Shown: in pieces, positions 12,460 to 26,559 of the stretch
How the letters are laid out: every line of letters begins with the position of its first letter
Position numbering within the stretch: position 1 is the stretch's first letter
NCBI GenBank assembly: GCA_025603075.1
Contig: MU626264.1
Span: 158,531-222,530, forward strand
From: Neoconidiobolus thromboides FSU 785
Taxonomy: Eukaryota > Fungi > Entomophthoromycota
Reading direction: 5' to 3'
Length of the DNA stretch: 64,000 nt
The notes under the pieces: generated by a model
The model's database searches: none
Told to the model about the DNA's origin: nothing
The model's input: the letters and a program-made list of their open reading frames with translations, nothing else
Translations under genes and position numbers: made by a program

Positions 12460-14130
12460 GTCCTTTGTTTTTCTTTTTTGATTAAAAGAATGAGTTTAGA
12501 TAAACAATAGAAATCGAAAATCAAAGTTTTTAAAATAAGTAAATTCATCCTTGATAAAGTTCTAACTTGCTATATTAAGAAGTATTGATTTTTTTTATAG
12601 AAGGGGTTAAACAAATAATTTAAAATGAGATTTATTTAAAATAAACTTTATTAGAAACAATCAAAAAGACGACTTCAATATCAAATAACAAAGGCAGACA
12701 AATTATATTTTCTAAGCTATCATTTAAATTGCCAATTGTATTTACCGAAAAATTAAACTGGAAAGTTTAACGACCAAGATCAAAACATTTAGTATTTAAA
12801 GTAAACTGTCCGTTATCTTAACTTAGAGATTTATATCCTAGGTTTTAATGTTAAAAAATCAAGAGAAAATTTAACTTCCAACTAAAATAAAATAGCCATC
12901 TAAAGCCTAATTAGCGTTGAGACTAAAAGGATTTTATTATAGCTAACAGCTAACTAAAAGATATCGATAAGAAAAGCAGTAAAAGACATTTTGCAAATTA
13001 TAGCATTATAGTTGAGATTATTACAAAATAAGAAGATCAATCAAAGCTGTAAAGGCAAATCTGATATCCAACTATTAAAATAAGTTGGTATAATAAGGGT
13101 TTAAGTTCTGTTATTATTTAAACAAATAGATTCTAACTAATGGCTTTTTTTATTCAACTATAACTATTTAAAATTTAAGCTAATCTAGTATTTTTTGATG
13201 TATTAAATTATATAATGAGCTCATTAAACTAAGATTTCAAGTAAAAATAGTATGCAATTATTAAAGCTGTTTTATTTACAAAATTCAACAGCTGATTAGT
13301 GCAAAGTGAAGTAATATTGGATTTGAAAAACTAGAGATTGATTATTTTCTATCTTATATTTTTTTATAAAAGACTATGCCATTTATGACTTAAGTGCTTC
13401 AATAATTTTATAATCCCCAAACTTACGAAAATCTGAGGCATTAGTTTTATAATAAAAATTACCAAGATCTGAATATCAATAAATATGGGGATGTCAGTTT
13501 ATAAGCAGGCCTATCATTGACTCCTTAATATAATCCAACTTTATTTCCGCTCTGTAAAAAGGGAATAGAATATCAATGACCCTGATATCATAAATGTTTG
13601 TTGATTTGACTATATGCATGCTATGAGTAGCTGCAAAGATTTCATCCATATCCTAAATTTTTTTAACTTTGTCAACATACCCGGCATTTCTAGTATCTAT
13701 ATCCTCAAACACTACCAACATTGATTTATCTGACTTGATGGCAAAGTTGGGTACATAAGTAATAGTCTCTCTCATTATCAACACTGACATTTAATGTAGG
13801 CTTTACTTTGATCCAAAAGGGATGATCATTCATCTTTATGGTTTGGAGCAAGGAATACATATGAGTGCCAACAAAACATCTAACATTACTGTAATCCATC
13901 AAGTACAATTGTTTAATTTGGTCCACAAATGTTTTACATCCTAATGATAATGTCAAAGTTTTTATATTAACACTTTTTCATTTGTGGTCTTTTGCACAGT
14001 TTAAATGAATTTCTTTTTGAGTAGAGTTGTTAGGAAGCTCAAAAAAAATCCTTGCTAGTTATCCTAATACAAAAAGTATATACTATTGTTGATCTTCATT
14101 CTACTGTTTTATAACTGTAGCACAATAGAA

Positions 14131-14233
14131 CATGAGAATGTTTTTTGGCTTCATCACTTTTTCCATCTTTTAAGCACTATTTGAGCAGGAAAATTATTAG
14201 TAAAATCCTTAAAGACAAAAATACATCCCCATA
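14131..14233 (+). mobile_element. GGGGATG-family MITE copy 6
   Basis: CATGAGAATG...AAGCACTATTTGAG...ATACATCCCCATA. Confidence 0.85.
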
Positions 14234-15047
14234 CGTTATCGCTTCTAATTATCAGCTCCTTTTTTATATACTTACTCTCGGTTTTTTTGATTAAAAAGAG
14301 AATAGAAACCAAATTTAATTTTCTAGTTACTTAATTTTCAACTTTTTATCTATCATTTCTTTTGTCTTGCTTTTTTAAGCTTATATTGTTTTTTTATTTT
14401 ATAAAATAGTACACTTGATTAATATTAGAATGTTAAAAATTACACCACTTTAAAATTAAGCTAATAAAACAAAAATGTTAAATGAGTGTTTATTTAGTTA
14501 AAAATAACAATTGTAATTTAATTGTCCATATCAAAATTAAATAAAGAAGCTTGAATTTATTCAAGTATAATTATATGACTTATAATAAATAATAAAAATT
14601 TAATCTTATTGCTGATGAGTAAAGCGAACTTATTTGTATTTGTAAGATCAGTTTATAAAATTTAACGAAGTTAGATTTGAATTTCAATTACTATACAATA
14701 AAAAAAATTATTGATACTTTATTAACATTGTAATAATAAGAGAAACATAAAATACCTGTTTATTTTTTAAGATAAAAAAAGTAAGTTAAAATATAAAACA
14801 AATATTATTAATATTAATCTTTATAATAATAATTAAAATTCAACCATTTTGTCTAAAAGAGTAAGTTAAGTGCTCGATCAAGCCAATTGAAAAGCATTTT
14901 AAAAAACATAACCAATTAACATCGAAGCGATTTTTTTAGTTAAATGAGCTGTGACATAATCAACTAAAATTTTCAAATGTTATAAATACAATCCAAATTT
15001 AACTTTCAATTTTACTATCTTCTTTTCTAATAATAACATTCAAAAGA

Positions 15048-16363
<1,316 letters not shown>

Positions 16364-16976
16364 ATTAAGATTTTAAAAGTTTATATTTATTTTTTAGTAA
16401 CAAAAATTAAAATAGTTTTTTATTTCGTTTTAAATTTTTTAAATTTTTACTCAAAAAAGTAAACTGGTTTTTTTTAAGTATATGTTGTTCTATTTAGAAT
16501 TTCGACTAAAAGCTAAATTTGGTCATCACTTGGTCATAAATTATCAAAAAGTTGGCATTGATTTTTTTAAGAATCACAAGTTGCCACATAAGAACAAAAA
16601 TTTAGGATTTCATTAATTATTATAATAAAGTAAAAGAGTATGCAGAAATAAAATAAAAGAGTATATAAAAATAAAATACTACAAAAAAACCTCCAATCAC
16701 AACTAACAAAAAAAGGAAGTATTTAACTAATGTATTATTAAAATAAATGAAACATAAAATGATTCAACAATTATTCACCTTCTTTTAATTTGCTAAATGA
16801 ACCAATGAAGTTTCAATAATGCTTGGAGTTACAATTCAACTTTAAGCTTTATCAGGTGGTAAAAGATCGCTAAATTCATTTCAATCAACGAAAGTTTGGA
16901 TTTTTCTATTTATTAAAAAAATCGCACTTTATTCTTTTTATAAAAAATATTCCAATAAAAGTAACAAAATAACAAT

Positions 16977-19230
16977 ATGTCAATTCCAATTAAAGCAAAG
17001 GGTACTTTACGTACACTGTAAGTGGCTATTCATTTATTGTATTTATGTATATATAGTTGAAAAGAGAGTGAAAGAGAGTGTTTAATTATATAAAATTAAG
17101 ATTCGTTTATTTATTATTTTATTATTTATAGTAAAAACATGACATTTAATTACTCTGAGATACAAGTTAAAGTAAGGGATGCTACTTCAAATGATCCGGT
17201 TGGACCAAGTGCTAAAACATTAAGTGAAATTGCTCGAGCTACATTTTCACAGTAAGATTTTTATTTTATAAAAGTAAAAATATTAGTTTATTAAATTTAC
17301 CATTTTCAAAATATTAGCCATACCTTCATTGAAGTAATGGAAATTTTGGATAAAAGATTAGATGACGCGGGTAAACAATGGCGTCATGTTTTTAAGGTAA
17401 ATGAAATATTCTCCTTATTAACTTGTATTGATCTTTTAATTTTAATTTTTTAGGCTTTAACATTAATGGAATATTTAGTTCAGTTTGGTTCTGAAGAGGC
17501 ATTAAATCATTTTAAATCCAATTTATATCGTATAAAAACATTAAGGGAATTTCAGTATATTGATGATCAAGCTAGAGATCAAGGTTCTAATGGTAAGTAA
17601 TAGAATTATGACAATGATGTGATTTGTTTTCTATGATACTAATGATATCTATTTATTTATTAGTTCGCCATAAAGCTAATAGTTTAACAGAATTATTAAC
17701 AGATGATAGTAAATTAAGAGAAATGAGAAAAGGGATTAATAATCAAATGAATAATAATTATGGGAACAATCATAATAGTACAGGCGGATTTGGATCTACT
17801 GGATATGCTAGTGGAAGTGGTTACAATTATAATGAGAATCAAACCAATTATTCAAGCGGTGGTGGCTATGGTAGTATGAATTCAAGTTATTTAAAAAATA
17901 ATAAACAACATGGCATGTCAGATGAGGATAGAGATCTCCAATTAGCTATTGAAGAGAGTAAAAGAATGGCTGAAAGAAACCCTATTCAAAGAACTCAAAC
18001 TGGACTTACAGATAAGTATGTTGTTATGTTTTATGTATATATTTATATTTACATTTATATTTATATTAGCAGTGATAAAGATTTCCAATATGCACTTGAA
18101 TTAAGCAAAAGAGAAGCAGAAAAAGAAGCTCAAATGAGAGAGCAATCTATTGCTAAAGAAAATGAATTGGTTTTACTAGATGATTATAATCCAAAGTAAG
18201 TTAATTTATTATAATAATCAGTATAATTCATTAATTGATTTTATAAATTAATTAGTGAAAAAAATACCTCTGCCGTATCTCATTTAAAACAATATGATTT
18301 TTTTGGAAATATAATTCATGATCCTAGCACTAATAGTAAAAGTGGAACAGCTGATTTATTAGGACTTGATCCCTTAGCATTTAGTTCTAATACAAGTTAT
18401 AACACAAGTAATTATAACACAAGCTATAATAGTATGAGCAGTTTTAACCAATCAAATCCATTTCATCAAAATAATAATCCAATGAATCATCATCAAGTTA
18501 ATACTAATATATTTCAATTAAATCAACAACAGCAAGGAAATCAAAATAATAATAATAATACAGCGACAGGATTTAATTCTCAATTTAATAATCAATTTGA
18601 TGGTGGATTTAAAGCTAAATTGTTACCTCATCAAAAAGTCAATAATGCTAATACAGCATTGGCAGAAGTGGCTCGTAATAGGTAATAATATTCAATATTA
18701 TGGTTGATGAGAACTAAATATTAATAAATTGATTTATTTAGTTCTAAAATTGATCCGTTTGCTTCGTTTGCAGCTGAAAGAGATAATAATAATAGGTAAC
18801 TAATTATTTTGAAAACTATGTTTATATGAAAATTAATATTTGTGTTAGTTCTAATAATAATAGTAGTAATAATTTAAATTTATTCAATTCTAATTCACCA
18901 AATAATAACAAACTGGGAATGAATAATAATAGTTTAAATAATAATCCATTTCAAATGAATTCTAATAATAATAGTAATTTATTTACAAATAACAATCATT
19001 CAAATTCTAGTCCAAGTTTAAATCAATTGTTTAATAACCCAAGTCCAATGTTAAATAATAATAATAATTTAAATAATAGCTTAAGTAATGATAATTTATT
19101 TAGTAATATCAATAGTGGATTTAATTCTACTACAAGTAATACTAATAATTCAAATCCATTTGGAAGTGTTAATCAAAATCAAAATCAAAATCAACAAAGT
19201 CAAGGACAAGGAACTAATATTTTCTTTTAA
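16977..19230 (+). CDS. ENT1: Epsin (ENTH domain, two UIMs, NPF motifs, Asn-rich tail), multi-exon
   Basis: Spliced N-terminus MSIPIKAKGTLRTLKNMTFNYSEIQVKVRDATSNDPVGPS, KQWRHVFKALTLMEYL; UIMs DRDLQLAIEESK and DFQYALELSKRE; several NPF motifs. Confidence 0.9.
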
Positions 19231-19455
19231 TACGATGAGTGAAGTAGTATGTTAAGTTAGTTTCTCTCTTTTCTTTTTCTCTCTTTTTTACGAATTTTCT
19301 TTCCTTCTTTTTCTCTCTTTTTTGATTAAAAAAATATTCTAGTTTAATTAAGTATTTTTTAACAATAATTTAATTATTCATTTAAATTTAACTTGATTGA
19401 ATATTAAATAAAAAAAAGGATAAAGTAAATAAAATATCAATTCTTTTATTTAATA

Positions 19456-22308
19456 TTAATAACTAAAAGAAGGGGATTCTAAAAATAACACCGTTTTAGT
19501 AGGTACAATGTTACTAGAAGTTTCAAAATTTCGATTGTTACTATATGAAATAGTATCAATACTACTATAATTGAAATTGCTAATACTATGGATGTTATTT
19601 TCATTATTACTATAAGTACTACTAGTACTATAGATGTAATTACTACTGCTACTATTACTGGGTTCATTATTATTATAATTATTCACATTGTTCGAATTAA
19701 TTTCATTATTATAACTATCTCCCACCATCATTTGGTTTTCATTTTCATTCATCACTCTTGGATATTCCATTTGTCCATTATTTACATAATCCCTACCTCT
19801 ATATCCTAAATTAGTAGGAATTGTTTTCATTACTGTCGATGTCAAAGTTCTCATTATCATTTTAGTTTCTGTAATTCTTAGATACTTTGTCTCTGTAGAA
19901 GTTTCTGTAACCTTAATCATTTTAGTGGAAGTCACTGTTGCTGTAGTAGCGGGAGTGGGGGTAATTGTAGATTTTTCATTTTTACATTTAAGATTATAAA
20001 TGTAATTTTGAAGCTGTTGATGTTGATGTTGAGAATTAAGGTAAGTTTTATCAATAATAATAGGTGCTTGGAAGGTATTAAGAAGGGGTTGAGAATTAGC
20101 AGAATTAGCTTGGTTTTTTAATAAAGATTGAATACTTGTTTGTGAGTCTTGAGTAGAGGGGATAGGAGGTTGGTTAGAAATCATTGGAGTCATGGAATTC
20201 ATATTCATGTCGACGTCATTGTTCATGGAACTCATATTGTTGTTTATAGCATTCATAGCATTCATATCACTATTCATCCCTACAATATTATCTGTATTCA
20301 TATCAATTTTATTCACTTCATTATTATTAAAAGGAATATTAGAAATTGGATTTAAATTAATTGAATTTCCTTGTGGCGGTAATATTGGTTCCATTAAATC
20401 GATATTTAAGTTGTTATTATTATTATTTAATTGTTTTTTCATTATAAAATCATTTCTAGCATCTTCCGATTCTCTATTAGGTACCATATTCATTTTAGAA
20501 GGTTGCTGCTGTGGTTGTTGTTGTAGTAATGGTCGATTACTCATTGGTTTTAAATCTTGGATTAAAATAGGTGATGGAGCAACAAAAGCTGGGTTTTTTC
20601 GATCATTTACTCCTTGTAATTTTCTCATGTTACCAATTCGTTCTCTCTCAATCATTTCTCTTTCTTTATTAATATCAATATCTTTTTCTTCTTTTTCACT
20701 AAAAGTGTCAAAATCAAAAGGATTTCTGTTAGTGTTGAGCTCTTCTCTCATAGGTTCCATATTTAAATTGACTATATTCATATACCTTTGATTCTCTTTT
20801 AAATTATTGAATTCTTTATTATCCTTAGCTTTCTTTGGTTTATCGTTATTGATTCGATTTTCGACTTCTTTCATTTCTTCTTGCTTTGAAATACCTTGAA
20901 TCTCTTCGTTTATGGCTATTTCATTCTTTTTAGTTTTATTCATTGAATTCATCATATTTATATAATTTCTCTTAAATTCCGAATTATTATCTTCTTTTCC
21001 TTCTTCATTATTATTAGTAACAGTGATCATTTCATCTCCATTCATTAAATCTTCATCTGTAATTTCTCGTACTTCATTCATACCAGCTAATAAATTATTA
21101 TTATTATTATTATTAACGTCCATCATACTGTTTGTAGTAGTAGAATTAACTTTATTTGATGGTTGATTTAATATATTTTCTTCAGACATACCAATACGTT
21201 GTAACTTATTTTCATCGAACAAAATACTTTGGTTTGAATCTTCCATACCTTGAGATTTGTTTGGTTTACCTCCTGTAGTATTAAATTTTTTAGTCATTTC
21301 TGAATTGATATTAGTTGTCTCCTGATTTACATTTAAAGGAATATTATTATTCGTTTCTTGAGTATTACTAAGTTCATTGCTTTTCATCTCTTGTTCCGTA
21401 TCTGTAATTGAAGTATTCATTGTCGTTGGTATATTATCATTGTTCATTTCCCTAGCTGGGGACGGTTCGTTAGCCTTCACCTCTTGTACTGGCTTTACGG
21501 CTGAGTTATTGTCCTCTATTGATGGTAGAATATTATTACTATTGATTCCATTTACTATCTCTGGATTAATCTTTTTTTCTTCTTGTACAACATTTAAAGA
21601 AAGTGTATTCTTTCTTAATGGTAAATCATTGTTATTATTCATTTCCTTTGGTAAATTTAGAGTGTCATTACTCTCCTCTTGTGCAGCATTTAATTGCATT
21701 TTATTTTTCATTTCTTCAGCGGCTTTTAGAGCTAGATCTTTCATGCTTAAACCTTGGTTGTTTTTATTCATTTCCTGTGGCAAGGTGGAAGCGGCGTTTT
21801 TATTCTCTTGAGGTAAAGCTGTAGCTGTATTATTCATACTCAATGATATACCATTATTATCAACTTCTTGTATTTCATTTGGAGATGGAATATTCTTGTT
21901 CTCTTGCGATGGGCTATTTACTCCAGGCGGAGTGTTATTATTATTCATCTCTTGTGGTAAATTAGCTTCATTGGACTTTACTATTGGTGCGGGACTAATA
22001 GATTCGTTATTTACTACTGGTGGAATATTATTACTATTCATTTCTTTCGGTGGGTTATTTACTATACGTGGCATACTATTGTTATTCATTTCCTGTGATA
22101 AAGTTGGTTCACTCGCTTTTACTTGTGTTGCTGCGTTTGTAGAAGGAGTATTGTTAGTGGATGGTAGGTTATTGTTATTCATTGGTTGTAGTATATCCGA
22201 AGGGATGTTAGGCTGTCCTGATAAGGCTGGAGTAACCGACTCATTTGATGGTGGTAATGAGAGATTATTTTCTATATTTGGTATGTTTTTATTATTATTA
22301 AATGCTTC

Positions 22309-22367
<59 letters not shown>

Positions 22368-22533
22368 CAGATGCTTCGTTATTATTATTGTTAATTGTTA
22401 AATTATTTGTATTTGAATTCTCTTGTTGAACGGTATTAGGCAATATTGGAGTGGGTTCTTTATCTATGGTTAATGCTTGACCACGGATTAAAGATACAAT
22501 GAGGATGCTCAATAGTAGGTTTTTTTGTAGCAT
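19456..22533 (-). CDS. 1025-aa secreted Asn/Met-rich low-complexity repeat protein of unknown function
   Basis: Uninterrupted 3-kb ORF in AT-rich DNA; signal-peptide-like MLQKNLLLSILIVSLIRG; repeated QEMNNN units; Thr-rich block near the C-terminus. Confidence 0.8.
22310..22366. repeat. (TTA)19 microsatellite encoding poly-Asn
   Basis: Perfect trinucleotide run inside the minus-strand ORF. Confidence 0.95.
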
Positions 22534-24261
22534 ATTGTAATTGAATTATAAAAGAAGGATGCAGACAATATAATAAAATAGTAAATGTAAAGTGTAAAAA
22601 TTAGTTTAAAAAATAAAAGAAATTAAGTATTTATATATAGTCTAATAATGATTATTTTTATTTTTATTTTAAGTATTCATTGTTAAAGGATGAAACTATG
22701 TAAATGGAGTATTTTGTTAAATTATATTAGTTATTTCTTAAGAAATACTTTAACTGCTAATAATCTTTAGTTTCATATAATTTAATTTTATCTTGGAATA
22801 AATCGATCTTACCAACGGAAATAGCACTTTTATTTGAAGCTAACATTTCAAGAATGGAAATTATTTATAAAGAGTTCATTTTATGTTTCTAATAAATAGT
22901 AAATGAAATACAAATTTTCATTTTTAATTAATATTAAAAATAGATTTTTTACTTTAATGATTAGTATTAAAGATAGGATAATAAATTATATACTATTACT
23001 AAATTACTTATCTATTTTTTTTAAGCTCTTGATTTCAAGTTTATTTTAAAAAAATTTCTGAGTTAAATCAGAACTTAAAAAACTACCTTTCATTTACTAA
23101 GGAACTGTAACAAAATTTGTTTTAAACTAATGAGTATTTTATTTTTCATAAAATAACCGTCATTTATTAATAAGTCATTGTTACTTGTAGAAATAGTGGT
23201 AAAAAACTCTGATACCTTTATTTTTGAGAGTATAACAATTAATTCTATTTACAAAATAAAATAGTAGGCGGTTTAACAGCATAGTTGTATTTTGTTTTAA
23301 CATATTTCGTTCTTCTGATTTTGTACTATATTGCTTATTTAGTAATAAATGTATTTAATACGATAAAGAGGATTTCTGGTATAGTAAAGACTACTTTTTA
23401 TATGCTAATAATTGCTTTTAATAAATATTTAGGAATTAAAACAAAATGTTCTAAAGCTAAAAAAATAAATTTAGTTGCCAGTAATGGTAATAAGTATATT
23501 GAAAAAATAGATGATAAATTGTAAAGCAATCTAAAAAACCTTTGACTAAGCTACCTGGTAAGAATAATAAATTGTAATAGTAAAATCGAGTTAGGTTTTA
23601 AAAAAATAATGAGAAAAAACAAAATTGATGTTGTACCCAATTACCTGCTTCTTTTTTAAAAATCTTGGATTATTTAAGAAAGTAGCTTATATAATAAGAC
23701 TGTCTTTCATTATTGTGTCTGTTTTTTAATATTAGCTGGAAAAATGAAATAAATTTTAAAAATGACATACTCAAATTGTCTCACTTTAAACTGTGGCCCT
23801 TCAAATTGAATCCCATTTTTTGATTTTATTTAATAATTTTGCTTAATAAATTAAGAATTTTAATACTTTTTAATAAATGAAACTGAAATGTTATAATTGT
23901 CATATATATCACATATTCATTTTAATATGATATAAAATGCTTTGTTTTCGATTATATAAAATTAAGCATTTGAATTCAACTGTTTACTAACAGGTAATTA
24001 TAATCCCCAGCTTAATTCCATTAATTAAGCAGTTGAACCCAGAATTATGATTGGCTTGAAAAGCAAAAATGACAAGATTGTATATAAGACCAACCAATGG
24101 AATAAACCCATTGAATCAATAAAGTCCAAGGTTAGTACTTTAATTGGTTTAAAGTGCTGAGTCAAAATAATAAAAGTTGCAATCATAAAATTTAGTATCT
24201 TAGAACCTTTTTTCAAATTTTTAACAAGAATCTTCATCCAGAACCTTTTTAAAAAACAACA

Positions 24262-25791
24262 ATGACTATAGATTCAAGACAAGATTGTTATTTTTTCCTT
24301 GCTGATGGTTGTACCAAAGTAATTCGCTTAATTTATTCTTTTAATTAATATCTTATCTTTGTGTTAAAGGGCGCAATGTGTAGTTTTCGACACAATGAAG
24401 TATGTAAAACCAATAAAGTCCTTTGCCCTGACTGGTCTACCACTAAGATTTGCAAAACTGATAATTGCGATAAACTACATTCTACTTTTCATGTTCCTAA
24501 TCAACCAGTATGTTTTTATCTATCTATTATCTGCTACAATACTTATTTTATGTTGTAGGTAGCTCAAGCTTCCAAAGCAGAAATTCAATGTTATTGGGAA
24601 CTCAACGGCGGTTGTTTGAAACCAACTTGTCCATTCAAACATTCCATGCCAAAAACAAGTGAGTGCATTTATTAAAATATATTTAGACCTATGCTTATAC
24701 AATAAAAAGTTATACCAAATGTCATTCCAAAACCAAGTGTTCGTTCAGTAGCTACTCAAGCTATTAATGCACAAGTTGTATCGCCACCTCATGAATCCGA
24801 TTCTGGTTCTGTTGATAATCAAGGTGAGGCTAAAAGTAACTTTTCAGGGTTACCTAATCCATATGCAAGACCTTTTGTACCCAAACCTGGATTATCTAAT
24901 TCGAAGAACAATGGTCACTCGGTCAACAACCAACAAAAGATATCACCAAAACAAAATGGAGGCCTTAGTTTTATGTCTAGTCAAAACGGGTTACTAAAAC
25001 ACGGTAACAACACCGCTCATTCCAATGGCACTTTAAGCTTTGTGCCTAAAAGCAATATGCAACCAGCTGCCAATGGCGGTCATGGTCAACATCAAAACAA
25101 GAACAACTTTAAAAATAAGTCTAATCAACAGAATAATCAACAACAACAACAAAATGGTAATACCAAAGAAACAAACAAAAAAGCAAATCAACCACGTTCT
25201 ATAAATGATCGTTTATCTAATTTTAATAATAAAGAAAATAATAACAACAAGAACAAGGAAAATAAAGCGAATTCTCGTGCTATGGATAAGGTCAAGTCCT
25301 CTCCTCCTTCTAATACTAAGAAAGCTTCTGAAGAACAATTTAAAGATATCAAAGTAAAGTCTCTTGAGGAAATTTTAAAAGAAAAACGCCAAAGACAAGC
25401 TAAAGAAAATAATAAAGAAGGGTTTAATACCTCCAATTCTACTGGCTCTGTTTCACCACCAAAAATAAATCAAGAAAATAAAAATAATCAATCAGGTAAT
25501 GGAGTTAGCGATGTAAATACAAAAGATAATAAAAAAGAAAATGAAACTATTCCATTACCAGTTAGTTCCGCAAAGAATGAAAAGAGAGAAAGAAGTCCTT
25601 CACCAGCCAAAGAGCATACAATAAAGAAGAGTAAGGATGTGAATGGGGATGCCAAGTCAACCGATGAGAATGCAATTATTGATGGGTTAGATTTAGAGTT
25701 TGAAGTTGATCAACTTGATTTTGATTTGGACCATGACCAAGATTTAGGGGAGTTAGATTTAGATGATTTGGATGTTGATTTTGGATTATAA
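24262..25791 (+). CDS. ZC3H11A-like triple CCCH zinc-finger RNA-binding protein, multi-exon
   Basis: Spliced fingers DCYFFLADGCTKGAMCSFRH, CPDWSTTKICKTDNCDKLH, IQCYWELNGGCLKPTCPFKH resemble the ZC3H11A N-terminal fingers; KVKSLEEILKEK motif; acidic tail. Confidence 0.8.
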
Positions 25792-26559
25792 ATTTAAAAA
25801 TCCAAAATTTCAAGTATTATTAAGGCAATTATTATTAGTAGAGTTCTATGGTTTCAACTACTTTTATAAACACAATTACTTTTCTATAACTCTATTGTTT
25901 ATGCCAACTCTTGTGCACTTTTATTTTAATAAATTTTAAATCTCAATTTGAACCGTAGTCCATGTGTCCAGGTTATGATGTCGGATTTGTAAAGAAATAA
26001 TGATGATGATCTCACAGCCCAAAACTAATGATTTTTATTTATTTAGCTAGCTATTTTTATTTATTTTACTTTATTTTTTAATTATTTTTTGTATTTTATA
26101 TTTTTCAATTTAGGTTTTAGTTTTTTATAATTAATAAAAAGTTTTTGATGTTCTTTTATGAGTTTTGTTTATTTTGTCAAATTTTTTATGAGTTTTATAT
26201 TGAATTATTGAATTTTATAATCTTTATTATGTTAAGATTAAGATAACATCGTTACATCCATAAAGGAGATGTTTGAGTGTTTGGAAGCGATTTCTAGTAA
26301 TTAGTAAAGATAACTAATATAACAAAAGAGTAACATCTATATTGGTAATGCTAATATAAACTTTTCTCCGAGCCACTTCAATAAAACTTTATCTTAAATA
26401 AGGCAATTATATCAATTTAATTTAATTTTATATATTAGAATGATAATGAAATAATTGAGATGAGATCAATTTTCTAATTTTTAATTTTGATTAGTGAAAT
26501 TAAACTATATCTTAATGTAATTTAAAAAAAACAGTCGGATTTAATTTATTAACACATTC

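Noticed and set aside
13484-13960. 76-aa ORF and adjoining broken frame after a lone TATGGGGATGTC end as a transposase or RT remnant
   Set aside because: No DDE or RT motif identifiable by eye.
19479-22429. Hydrophobic ORFs overlapping the Asn-rich gene (19479, 19588, 20149, 20192, 21377, 21603, 21896)
   Set aside because: Shadow frames of AAT/ATG-rich low-complexity coding sequence. The same applies to shadows over FZO1, FOL1, ZC3H11A, the EF-hand gene and the CBM21 genes.
23285-24237. Short ORFs 23285-23524 (+) and 24025-24237 (-), also 6672, 7423, 32061, 43772
   Set aside because: AT-rich composition with no motifs or splice support; consistent with chance ORFs.
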